Below are positions 22,076-33,593 of a DNA stretch of 64,000 nucleotides, in pieces. Under the pieces are notes generated by a model, which did no database searches, was not told the origin of the DNA, and worked only from the letters and a program-made list of their open reading frames with translations. The stretch lies in the NCBI GenBank assembly GCA_013239625.1, contig MU053216.1, positions 1,390,943-1,454,942 on the forward strand. The letters are read 5' to 3'. The position numbers and the translations under genes were made by a program. Each line of letters opens with the position of its first letter. Position 1 is the stretch's first letter. The DNA comes from Lama guanicoe. Lineage: Eukaryota.

Positions 22076-25000
22076 GCAGGGGAGCGTCCTTACGGCTGGG
22101 TCGTTGTCACAGCTACGCCGATGAGTTGTCCTGAAACACCAGCCTTTCTTAGTTTTGCTGTCTGTTGGGTATTCCCCTGCCTGAAGCTCTGACCCTGCTG
22201 GAGAGTCCGTGGCGGCCGGAGGGCTGGGTGCCCACGGCAGGGCTGCGACGAGGTGGCACCGGGCTGTGTGACTGGCGGGGACGGCGCACTACGTCAGGGA
22301 CGATGAGTCCCACTGTGGGAGAGGCGCCCTGGAGACCCCGGCAGGAACTGGGAAGAGGTGCACACCGGACGGGTCTCTGCACAGAGGAGGACCAGGTACC
22401 CTCGAAGGTTTTGGCCTTGGTGGTTCAAAGGGTGCTGGGAGGGCGTGGGTTTCCAGCAGGCTGAGCAGAGAGTGGCGCCAGCCCCCTGGGGAAAGGCCGG
22501 GATGATGGCTAGACACACAGTGGAGCCAGGAGCCTCCGGGGCTGAGATGCAGGCGGTGCGGGGAGCGTCCACGCAGATGCCCAAAGGAGGGCGGAGCCTT
22601 GAGATGGCCCCTCGCTCATGGGGGAGAGAAGGGAGGAAGGGGCTTGGGGCCTCACCGTCACAGGGACTGGCAGCTTGGGATTCTGGGTCCAGGGAGCTGC
22701 CCCCGCGGCCCATGGAGCGTGTGTGAACCAGACGGGGTCAGACCAGGACGCCAACTCGGGGTTCATAATTTGAGGGCAGAAGTATCAAAAGTAGGAAGTA
22801 GAGGGTGCTCAGCAGAAGCCAGGCCGAGCCTGGGTCTGATTTTGGAATTTGGAACAGGACTAGGCAGCCCTCCTTTCACACATACATTTGGCAAATATTA
22901 ATTGAACACGATTGTGTTCAGGCACCAATTAAGAATAAAGAATCCAAGCACGATCTTCCAGTGTCCAGACACGTCCGTGTGCTCCCCGCGTGGAAGTCAG
23001 GATGACGCAGTTTGCAGACGCGCCTTTGCTGATCGCCGTGACTGACGTCTCTCCAACTCAAAATCCAGGTGTGAGCAAAAGTAGCATGTGGCTCCCTCCC
23101 CCTGTGCACGGGGCTTAGTCTCGTGTTCCTCACGAGGTCGGCCCTAAGACTGATCTTGCTGGGCGCAGCAGAAGAGGGCTCGCCTCCACGCCCCCTCGGT
23201 CCGCACGGCCCTCGCGGCGCAGACCATCAGTCGGCTCACGGGTCTGGCCGCACCCGCCTCGACACAGCTGGGCTCCTGGATGGAACGGGCCCTGCTGCTG
23301 TGACCCTTGCACCCGGTGGCTGCTTCCTCGATACCTTTAAGCAACCTGTGAGCAGGATCGGTTTCTTCTCAGTACATCCACAGCCCCCACTTCCCATCTT
23401 TGTGAACCCACATGTTCCAGGTGCGGGACCCCCTGTTGGGCTCGGGCTGAGGCTGTGCTGCTGGCTCGAGTCCCGGGGAAGACAAGCAAGTCCACTCCGG
23501 CTGCATGTGCGTTACATGCGTCTCCGTCCACGGAGCCTGCGTTCCCACCCAGAGCACCTGTCAGACTCAGTCTCTCCACCGTGGGGCCCAGGGAAGGGGG
23601 TTTGGAATCCAGGGGCTCACGCTCCGGCCATGCTGCAGGCCCTCCCCAGCTCTGGGCCCCTGGACACTGTGACCGACTTTTTAAGGCCTGTGGATGGAGA
23701 CGCTCCTGCTCAGCTCCCCGCAGGGAGCGAGTCCAAAGACCTCCTACATCATGAGGCGATGCTAAAGTTGGTGGTTTCCATTTGTTTCAGGGTTGAGAGC
23801 CACGTTCCTTCCTCCTGTAGACGTGCAAATCCCGGAGCACGAATCACTGGTGGGGGGACCAGGACCGCGCAGTTGGACCTAACTGTCAGCCACACACGTC
23901 GGCTGCCTGGAGTGTCTGTAGCCCCGAGATGCTTCTAAGGGAGAGTGCTGTCACACCGAAAGTAACAGCCCGGGGAGCGGGGTGGGGTGGGGGGCGCAGA
24001 ACAAGAGACTGCCGGAGTTGCGGCAGCGCACCGCCTTGCGTAACGGGTTTAAAACAAAAACAAGGACAAAAACAAAAAAACCTTAGTGGGACTTTGAACA
24101 TTTATTTAACTCAATTGCTTTTATCCTCTTCAATGGAAGTCATTTTTTTCTTTCTGAGGTAAATATAAGCCACTGTGGATGGAGGTGGCTTATTGACAAA
24201 TGTCACAATGTTGCTGAACACATCCAGGAGACCTTGTCGTCGGGGCATCTGGACTGGGAGCCGGGGTCGCTGGCAGACCCCCGGCGTGGCGAGCCGCTCT
24301 CACAAACCATCCGAACGACCCAAGTAACTCTCTCACTTGTTTCTCTTAAAAGCAGAAGTGCCACCTCGAGAAGCTGGAGACGGGCTTTTTCCAGGCTGCT
24401 GAGGGATGATGAGGTGTCCTCCCACTGCCTGGGTCCCCGGGCAAAGCTCCTCTGCCACTGTCGCTCCATGCAGACGGGCGGGGACACGGGCCTCTGTCCC
24501 TCCGCCCCATGAAGGCCTACAGTCCCCAGCCAGGCGCACGCTCCCGCACAGGGTGCCCCGCAGGGCCCTGCGGTCTGGGTCTGTCTCTGGTTCTGCCTGA
24601 GCCTCCCGGTTCACACCCTGAGGCTGAAGTTATAGGTCTGAGAAAGGAGAGCGGGAGCCCCACGTGGCCGGAGCCCAGCCCCTCCCAGGACCCGCAGGCG
24701 GCAACACACCTGGCTGGCACCTGCAGCTCTCTCTTCAGACACAGGGTCATGTGTGAGGATTTCCTTTGTTGTTAAACTGTTTTTTGATTCTTTCTTATTG
24801 CTCTGGTCTGAACGAGGCGAATCAGCAAAATCAGAGTGAACCGTCCAGAGTGATAGCCGAGAACTGGCTTCCGTGGCCACCACCGTGGGCTGTGCGGCCA
24901 CTCAGGGTCAGGGCACAGAGGGTGGACGCCAACACGGTGGGCCGTATCTGGTGATTCACCAGAAGGCAGGGAGGACACATGGACGCGAGGCGAGCGCAGC

Positions 25001-25205
25001 GTCCACTCCGCGGTGCAGGCCGTGTGAGCTCGGCACAGAGCAACGCGCTTGCCACCAATGCCACCCGAGGCCGGGCTCAGACGACAGCGCGTGCTCGTTA
25101 CTCTCATGACTTGTATCCAAAGCGTCCAACTTAAACACAGCTTCAGAGAAAGGAAGACCATATGATGAGTTTGCCCAAGCTCAAATGAAGTAACAAGAAA
25201 CACGT

Positions 25206-25251
25206 TTTATTCAAGAAACAGACAGGAGTCACTGGCTGCCATGCTTTTATT
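25206..25251 (-). terminator. Tandem CAMSAP2 polyadenylation signals
   Basis: AATAAA on the minus strand at 25246-25251 and 25206-25211, at the end of an AT-rich 3'UTR-like block. Confidence 0.7.
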
Positions 25252-27761
25252 CAAACGAAAGGGGAAAGCTACATGGTACCAGGAAGCAGCAGACACGACC
25301 CAATTTACAGCATCTCAACCAAGCCTGCCAGCAGTGCTCTCGAGCGGACAGGGGAACACTCCGCAGGCCGCACGCTGCCCAAAGTGTCCATGAAGCCACC
25401 ATCTGGAAGCTGAATTCGGCTTTCAACAGCCACATAAAAACTGTAACAGTCTTTCTAAAACAAAACCGAAAAGCTGAGAGGAATTAAAAGCTTTCCCCAG
25501 CTGTGTCAAGCAGCAGACTTCGACAGCTGCACCGGTAACCATGACGAGCGTTCGGCAAGCTGAACTGAATAATTATCCTAAGAATTTGACCTCCAATGAT
25601 GAGAAGCACCAGTGGGTTTCAATGAAACTCTCCAGACTTTATGAAATAGCATAATTTTCATTGGTATAATTTTTAAAACATAATTTTTAAAAAGCTGCCC
25701 CATAATAAAAAAAAATCTGCAGACTTAAATAACTGTCCGTATTCTTCCTGCATTAGTAGAGTGAAACATTACACTGAGAGCAGGGACTTCCGTGCGATGT
25801 TCACGTCCTACCTGTTGGGACACACACACGTTTAAGGATAAAGGGTGGTCCTGACTGGTTTTAATTACTTCCTCCATTGTCTTGCATCCAATTTTTAAAA
25901 ATTTAATGGCCAAGTAATATCACAATGATTGCTTTAGGTAAGGGAAATTTAAGTGACTGAAAAGAACAAATTTAGTAACGTAAAACGCTTCTTAATTCTC
26001 CTTTTGACTTTCACCACATTTTGTTTAGATTCACTTACTTTTTTTCAGTCAATCTAAACATGTTTTTGAAAATCGTTTCCTGTGATAGAAACTGTTGTCT
26101 GAAAGGTAAAATGTGCAATTCCCCATTTTTAATCTTCATACATTATATACACAGTATGTATACACTTAAAATATAAGAGTTACATATCCTGGTCTCCTAC
26201 ATGCAAACAGTAGATCACAAATAGTTTTGAGCTACACATGTATCTTGCACAGGAATTGGAAAAAAATCTGTGAAAATTTTTTTACAGTTTAAACAAATAT
26301 ACATAAATATAAGAACATAAATTACAGTAAAATATTGACAACACTTGAGAAAATGTCGATAACCCAGATGCACTGATGCCTCATGGCCTCATAGGAAAAG
26401 GAAAGTGCAGCTCAGCGACATCTCACTCCTACTTCTTTAAAAATAAGTAAATACATCATACGAGATACTAGTCATTTCTCCAGACAACTCATTAGAGAAA
26501 TGGGTCTATTTCAGTCTCTACTTCCCGTGAAAGAAAGCCAACCACGCACCTCGTACAGGTACAACACTGTCCTCCCCTCTAGCTACACAGCCACCACAAC
26601 ACTGAAACATGACAGGGCCAAGCATCATTCAAGTCTTTTCCTGAGAATGAAGGTCCCCCACTAGCCCTCTGGTACACACGGTTAAAGATCACGTAGAGAA
26701 GGGTTCAAGCATGGACGTAAATCCAAGCCGTCCCACTTGAGAAGAATAAAAAGGAAGAAAAACTCAATATAAGTAAAATAAGGTGAAGCTATTTTAAAAT
26801 TAAAATGTAGCCCTTTGTACATGTTTAAAAATTCTAAATATAATTTTTATATCAGTTATAAATATAATGTAAAGACCTCTTGAGAACTTGTGGCAGGAAG
26901 TCTCCCATCCTCAGACTCAGAGACTTCTCTCAAAGTGCCATCCACTTCTGCCAGCTTATAAAGTGACAGACTTTAAAAGAGATAGAAAGCCTTTTTGTTA
27001 AAAGAACAATCTAACCTATTCTGAGTTGGCCAGAAGTGGTGTGAGACCAGCACTGATTTAATCAGCAACGTCGGTCAGCATGTCCTGCGTTAAGCTCACG
27101 TGGCTTCAGCGACCCTATAGCAGCTCTCTCCTCACAAGTCCTCCTCTTACCCAATGGAGAAACGTTAATACTTGAGTGAATAATAAATACAGGATTGTAA
27201 ATACTGAGCAGAGCAATTCTTGCAAATACTCTAACACCATCAAAACATGAGGGTCACTGTAAAACTCAACACTAGTGTTCCTCGCAGCCTCGCGGGAAGG
27301 TGCGCGTGACTCCGAGGGCCTGCTTCCTACTCTCCTGATCGTGAAACCAGACACCAAGGACCTCAGAGCAAACCCCCAGGGGAGGAAACAGTGAAACAAA
27401 GTGCCCGCAGACGAGCACACACATCAGAAAGGTGAAAACAGAAGCAACAAGTAAGACACGTAATTCACAATCTCAGCCGTACTTCAATCCTGGGTCCAAC
27501 TCGTGTCCGTGAGAACTCAGCGCTTCAGCGCCGAGCACACCACCAGGAGGACCCGGCGACACAGCCTCCACCGCGCGTCCAAACGCCTCTCCGTCACCCG
27601 CTCCCACCCCAGACACCGGGCTACATTCCAGTTGTCATGACCACAGAGCTGAATGTGCAGTCCAATTACTAAAAGCCTGCTGGCAATCAGAAAGGCTTCT
27701 ACAGGCAGGAAAGATGACGTGCAAACTTACCACAAGCGTCTGAAGCGAGCACCCCCAGCCC
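25225..27761 (-). other. CAMSAP2: CAMSAP2 3'UTR (~2.5 kb)
   Basis: Lies between the stop codon and the poly(A) signals; AT-rich, no repeats recognised; Pumilio element TGTATATA at 26144-26151. Confidence 0.7.
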
Positions 27762-28067
27762 CTACGCTTTTGCGGGTAAGAGTTTTTTGGGGGTCACAGG
27801 CCTCCTGGTCTGCCATAAGTGGCTGTGGATGGTGATCGCGTCGACACTGGCGGATAAGGTTTTAGCAGGTATGTGGCTAAACTGCTTCCTGTCGGAGTTG
27901 TATTTGTAAAGTCCCTCGATCATCTTCTTAGTGATCGCCCTGGGGCCTATCCCAGTCAGCTTGCTAATGTCCTCAGTCTCCGGGCAGTATGTGTACAGAG
28001 ACCTGAACTGGCAGCCCGAGTCCCGGAACAAGATCAGGAAGTTGTTGGCGTCCGACTTCTCCATCTC
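27762..28067 (-). CDS. CAMSAP2: CAMSAP2 last coding exon (CKK domain C-terminal part)
   Basis: CTGCAG|GAG: EMEKSDANNFLILFRDSGCQFRSLYTY...VTPKKLLPAKA*; 306 nt. Confidence 0.96.
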   Translation of the reverse strand, partial: EMEKSDANNFLILFRDSGCQFRSLYTYCPETEDISKLTGIGPRAITKKMIEGLYKYNSDRKQFSHIPAKTLSASVDAITIHSHLWQTRRPVTPKKLLPAKA

Positions 28068-28660
28068 CTGCAGGACGAGGGACAGAAGCAGAGACTCAGC
28101 AACCGCAATGGAGTCGACTTGCGCCACCGGGTCGCGCCTCATCAGCTGTAGGGCACGGGGCTCACAACACAACTCCTAGCGGCCGAAACGAGCCGCCCCC
28201 ACAGAAGCACAGCACGCTGCGCTAGACCCGCGTGCTGACAACCGAGCACGGAGGCCGCTGGCCCTGCGTGGCTGGCACAGCCCGCACAGTCCTGCGGGAA
28301 GCCTGAGACCCGAGCATCCGCTGATCTTCTCAACTGTCTCCATCGCTCACACCAGCACTGACACCCTCCTCTGCAACACAGCTTCGTTTTTAAAAGGCAA
28401 ATTATGTTACCTACATTTTGCAACATGAGTGAGTGACTCCGGGCACGAAAATGATTTGTAGCTTTCCGGTACCATCTGAAATCTGTCCCTAGCCTTTAGC
28501 GAAATCTGCAGTCCTTCAGATTCGCACTTGAAAGGGACACACTCTAACAGCGAGAACACGGTTACAGACCCTTCACGAGCAACGTGTCCTCTGAGCCGAC
28601 AAAGCAGTGACCTCCCGCCAGTTCACTCTGTTGTCACTTCTGTCAGGCAGGTGTGCTTAC

Positions 28661-28779
28661 CTCCAGTATTTTTTTCTTCTGACCTTCATTTACTTTTCCA
28701 GCCAAACAGCAGTGAGCTAACGCGTTCTGTATTATGTGCTTATTGGATTTTGCACTGGGTTCTTTGTAGAGCTTTGGTC
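28661..28779 (-). CDS. CAMSAP2: CAMSAP2 exon (CKK domain start)
   Basis: CCACAG|GA: (G)PKLYKEPSAKSNKHIIQNALAHCCLAGKVNEGQKKKILE|GTAAGC; 119 nt. Confidence 0.95.
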
Positions 28780-30048
28780 CTGTGGTAAGAATTTAGTAAC
28801 AATAATAAAGATAACATTCTTAGGTCAGAAACACCACTACGCTTCGATGAGGTCACTGTTCCTGCACGGATGAAACACAGTAACAGAAACTGAAGTCCGT
28901 GTCTGACGGCCCCTGGCTGGCTGTACTCCAGGCTGAGCACCGTTACCCACAGGGGCTGCCCTGGGGCCGGGGCACACGGTCTGTTTCACCAGCTTTCTCA
29001 AGTCTGTGAGGTTACTGGTGAGCAAAAGAGGACCTTGAGGACTTTAAGCTTTTAAAAGGCAAGAGAAAACTCCCTTTTTCTTCCTCCACACCTCTGTTTT
29101 GTAAGCCTTTCTTTCCCCAATGATACTCAATCCACAAAGCACAGAAGCAGGTGCCCGGGACATCGCACAGGCTCCCTCCTGCCTCACATTAACCGAAGTG
29201 CATCCTGGAAACTGTGCTCTGTGAAGGAAGGAAATCAGCCCTGATTTGTGTATTTACTGTTCTGTGGCGAAAATTACCCCTACCGTGGCAGAGCCCAAGC
29301 TATGATGGTTCTAGAGTCTGCATAATTCCTGAAAAATTTAACAGCTGGTCCAAGAGCTGGTGTAAGCTGGTCAGTGAACACCGAAGCCCGCAGTTCCAGG
29401 CTCACGGCAGCAACCGTGACTGTCAGCTGGCCTTGAAGGCGGTCAGACGGGCGGGGGAGGCTGCATGAAAAGCCACAGACAGGGCAGGGGAAGGCGCGGA
29501 GTGAAGCGGAGCCCTTGGAGGGCACGGGCTCCGGGCACCGGCGGGCCTGCCCCCACCCCGGCCGCTCCTCTGGACGCATCCTGACCTACACCCTGCTGCC
29601 TGCTCTGCCTGGATGCCGCCGACCCCACAGAGGCCGCCAGCCCTCAGGGATCCAACTCTGTCCTCAGTCGTTGCAGCCTCTCCACACTTGCTGCAAACGC
29701 ATGAGCCCAGGCACCAGAGACCCCAGGGACAGGGGACGTGGAGCCAGCCCTCGCGGTCCCCAGGAGCCTCTCTACAACTGCGTCAGACCCAAACCACGAC
29801 AGAGGCGGCCAGCATTCCCCGTGGGAAGTAGAGGGGTGAGGTGGACGCGGGGCTGCTGTGCTTTGGAAACCACCTCAATCTACACGGGACCAGTGCCACC
29901 TCCGAGTGGCGCCGTGTCACTGACACTGACCCACCTGGAAGCAACCACCGGCGTCACCATCACTGGGCAGTGAGGCGTCCCCGGCACAGCCGGTGCCTGT
30001 CCTCAGCCCCATGTCGCTCTGCTCCCCTAAAACCGTGCGGACACTGAC

Positions 30049-30164
30049 CTGTGTACTCCGCCCCGGAGGCCACGGACGACGTGGTGGACGCGTTCTCCCA
30101 GTCCTTCTCCCCGTTCCGACTGCCGCAGCGGCCGGGGGACAGAAAGCCTTCCACAGACTCCGAT
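30049..30164 (-). CDS. CAMSAP2: CAMSAP2 exon
   Basis: CTTAG|A: SESVEGFLSPGRCGSRNGEKDWENASTTSSVASGAEYT(G)|GTCAGT; 116 nt. Confidence 0.95.
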
Positions 30165-30853
30165 CTAAGGCACAGACAAAGTATTTTTTATGTCTTAAAT
30201 GGAGGAAAAACATTCGGGGTCAGAAGGGTATATGTGAGTGCCAACCAAAATCGACCTAGACTCTTAAAAAGAAGACGAGGGAGGCATGTCCACGTGCCCA
30301 GAATCCGCAGGCGCCCCACAACATCTGCTGAACGACAATGAACGTGCTTCCACGTGAAAACCGGCAATTAATGCAACAGGACAGGCACAGAGATGAGCGC
30401 TCAGAGCTGACGACTGTCACTTTTTCTCACGGGGGTTACAGTGTAAGACCGTGAAATGCTGGTCTTATTTCTAGCGTCTGTCCTAATAAAGAGAGCACGC
30501 ACAAGAGGCCCCGCCTGAGGGGCAGGCAGCCTGCTGGAGGTGCTCCAGGGAGGGAAATAAACCAGAGAGGCTGGCACTACACAGACGAGGGACCTCCCAT
30601 TCCTGCAGACCGTGATGTCTGTCACAACCCTGTCAGCAATGGCTGAGGCACAGCTACAGTTAGCATCTCATCAAGGTCACAGTTCTAAAATTCCAAAAAA
30701 CACTGGAAGATGAATAGGCCTCTTTATGTACAAATTCTTTTAACAGAAACCCAAACGGTCCTAGTCAGAACAACTTATGAAAATTTGTGGTCATGACTCA
30801 TTTGCTGTAAGACATAAAATGATGTTTCCTCAAGAGCGCGCACTGTGACTTAC

Positions 30854-30926
30854 CTTGGGGTCCTCTTGCCTGAGAGCACGCTCTCGTTATCCGCCGTGTT
30901 CAGTGACGCCAGAGAAAGGCTAGAGA
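30854..30926 (-). CDS. CAMSAP2: CAMSAP2 exon
   Basis: TTTCAG|TC: (V)SSLSLASLNTADNESVLSGKRTP(R)|GTAAGT; 73 nt. Confidence 0.93.
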
Positions 30927-31168
30927 CTGAAAAGACATGGTAAATTCATGATCCTGAATAAAAACAAAATGACAAGTTTAAACGGAGCAACTAGAAGGGC
31001 CTGCTCCTCGGCACCAGCATGCGGAACTCCCGCGCACGCAGTTCCACCCCCTTTCCTCTCCGGTTCGACCTGTGCGCACAACATGCTTGCTGCACACACG
31101 TGTCAGCTGTTTAAAGTTAGCAAGGAACCTACTTCTGAGAGATAATGAAGTGGGCGAGGGACAGAAAA

Positions 31169-31300
31169 GGGTGCACCTTCCAGTGAGAGAACAAGGGGGC
31201 GGCGGGACGGGACGGGGTGCACCTTCCAGTGAGAGAACGAGGGGGCGGCGGGACGGGACGGGGTGCACCTTCCAGTGAGAGAACGAGGGGGCGGCGGGAC
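31169..31300. repeat. 46-bp tandem repeat, ~2.9 copies
   Basis: Unit gggtgcaccttccagtgagagaacgagggggcggcgggacgggacg; 'gtgc' recurs at 31171, 31217 and 31263. Confidence 0.92.
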
Positions 31301-31439
31301 GTGACGCAGCTGGGGTGTCGTCAGTAACTGCGCCGCCTCCGCATGGGACGGCAAGCCGAAGCAGACCGGTCGTGACAACCGGTCTGAAACGCACAGAAAC
31401 CCGAGTCACTAGGCCGTACACGGGAACTGACACTGCTGT

Positions 31440-31830
31440 AGGTCAGTCATATTTCAAAACACAGACACAGAAAAAGAGATGGATTCGTGGTCACCGGGGG
31501 GGTGGGGGCGAGAGGGAATGGATGAAGGTGGTCGAAGGCGCAGACGTCCAGGTGTCAGACAAACAGTGCTGGGGTGTCAGGTGCACTGCTGACTGCAGCT
31601 GACCCCGCTGCGGGCCACACCGCCTGAGAGCTTCAAGAGAGTGAACCCTAAACGTTCTCATCACGAGGAGACGTTTTCTCCTTCTATTTCGTGTATGAGG
31701 TGGTGGGTGTCAGTAAGCTCACTGCAGGCATCATCTCATGACGTAGGCACCTCAGCTCACTCGGCCGAGCTGCTGTGCACCTTAAACTCATACAGTGCTG
31801 TGTGTCGATTACATCTCAATTAAACTGGCA
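31440..31830 (+). mobile_element. Old L1 (L1M) 3'-end fragment
   Basis: 'gagagtgaaccctaaacgttctcatcac...tgtgcaccttaaactcatacagtgctgtgtgtcgattacatctcaattaaactgg' is a typical L1M 3' terminus. Confidence 0.7.
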
Positions 31831-32567
31831 GGAAGAAGAGGAAGTAATGATAAAACTAAGTGCTGTTAGGATGTATTCCAGAAACAAAGTGAGCTAAGAC
31901 ACCGTGATTATTTTAAAAAAAAGTTAACGAAAAGAAAATTAAGAAAAGAAACTAACAAAAAGAATAACATACTTAGGAATACCTAATACTAGAACATTAA
32001 TTTAATTTCAGCCAATATTGTGTATCAAAAAATGTAACTGACTAGAAAAGGGAGAGTTCTCTTCAAGCAGGCAATCTGTTAGGTTATTTTCCTTTAGTCT
32101 TAGAATAAGTGTAAGAATTCTCTAAAATTTTCCATGGCATTTAGTTTTAATAAAATGAGTACAAAAAAAGAAATGAGTATGGATGTTCAATTAAAAAAAA
32201 AGATACTCTGTCTACTCTAGAAATGACGAACTTAGCTTTTTGACCATCTCCACCCTAAAGGAGGGACTCCTGCCCTCTTGGGCCCCGGACTCCTCACGTG
32301 GCTTCCTGTCCACCTGGTGACACAGCGCCTACCCTGCCATCACGGAGCAGGAGGGCTCAGCACTCCAGAGACTCTGGGTGGGGCACAGCGCCCCGCGCCA
32401 GCGGGTCCTCCGCAGACCGGATCCCTGAGGCCACGCCTGCTCTGCCGGGCGCACAGGCCGTGTCTGAGCCAGAGAGCCTCCCGTGCTCATCCTGGTCCAG
32501 CAGGGCTCCGGCAGCCGGCGTGACACAGGCTGCTTCCTGAACAGACTCTTCACCACGAGCACGTTAC

Positions 32568-32788
32568 CTGGGGGACCCTTCACGGGCGTCCTGGGGGACT
32601 CGACGTGGTCCCTGTGAATGGACTTTGGCCGCTGCTTCTTGGGCCGGGCCGGCTGCGGCCGGGCTTTGAGGACCGTGTCCATGTCCTCCATCAGCTTCAG
32701 CTGCTTGCGCCGCAGATGCTCCTGCCGGATGAACTCCCTGCGCGCCCGCTCGTCCTCCTTCCTCTGCCGCTCCTCCTCCGTCCTCCGC
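32568..32788 (-). CDS. CAMSAP2: CAMSAP2 exon (CC3 coiled coil)
   Basis: TGCAG|G: RRTEEERQRKEDERARREFIRQEHLRRKQLKLMEDMD...SPRTPVKGPP|GTAACG; 221 nt. Confidence 0.95.
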
Positions 32789-33212
32789 CTGCAGACCGAA
32801 AGCAGGGGTCTCAGCGCGCCCGGCCAGACAGGCCCTGCAGGGAGTGCTTACATGGTGGGGGGACTCTCACTTCAGCGCCTGGGAAACGGTTCCTTTAAAA
32901 TGTCCTGGGGGTGACGTAGGTCATTTGAATGTACCATTAGTAAATAAAATAACTACAAAAAACGTGTGTGTGTGTAAAACCCAGGGAAGTTACTTAAAAT
33001 TACTGTTTCTGGAGAACTTTAAGATGCCTCCAACTTGGGATAAAAATATGCAATCAAGCAACACTATGGGAAAATAACTTTACAAGGCACTCCAAGTCGG
33101 CATCAGTCCAGAGGTCCCCACACGCGCAAACTCTGAGAAACCTGCTGATGAGGACTTGACGGGAACCCACCCTGCCGGGCCCTAGTCCCCACATCTGTGC
33201 CCCATCTGCTCT

Positions 33213-33446
33213 AGGCCCCCGTCTCTTGCTCTGGGCCCCCGTCTCCCGTCTGGGCCCCCGTCTCCTGCTCTGGGCCCCCGTCTCCCGCCTGGGCCCCGCC
33301 TGCTCTGGGCCCCCATCTCCCGTCTGGGCCCCCGTCTCCTGCTCTGGGCCCCCGTCTCCCGCCTGGGCCCCGCCTGCTCTGAGCCCCCATCTCCCGTCTG
33401 GGCCCCCGTCTCCTGCTCTGGGCCCCCGTCTCCCGCCTGGGCCCCG
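33213..33446. repeat. GC-rich minisatellite (16-20 bp variant units, core ctgggcccc)
   Basis: Alternating units ctgggcccccgtctcctgct / ctgggcccccgtctcccgc / ctgggccccgcctgct, roughly a dozen units. Confidence 0.92.
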
Positions 33447-33456
33447 CCCGCCCCAC

Positions 33457-33593
33457 CGGGTCTCCTCCTTCTTGTGCTCCAGCTCCGCTTCCAGCTGCTG
33501 CTTCCGCAGCTGCGTCTCCTTTTCCCTCCTCAACCGTTTCTCCAGCAAAGCTGCCCGCTTCATCGCCATATCATTTTCTGCTTTTTGATCATC
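33457..33593 (-). CDS. CAMSAP2: CAMSAP2 exon (CC3 coiled coil)
   Basis: TTTTAG|GAT: DDQKAENDMAMKRAALLEKRLRREKETQLRKQQLEAELEHKKEET(R)|GTGGGG; 137 nt. Confidence 0.94.

Noticed and set aside
33213..33446. Short repeated units superficially like a CRISPR array (also 31169-31300)
   Set aside because: No unique spacers, no cas genes, and a mammalian intronic context; these are minisatellites.
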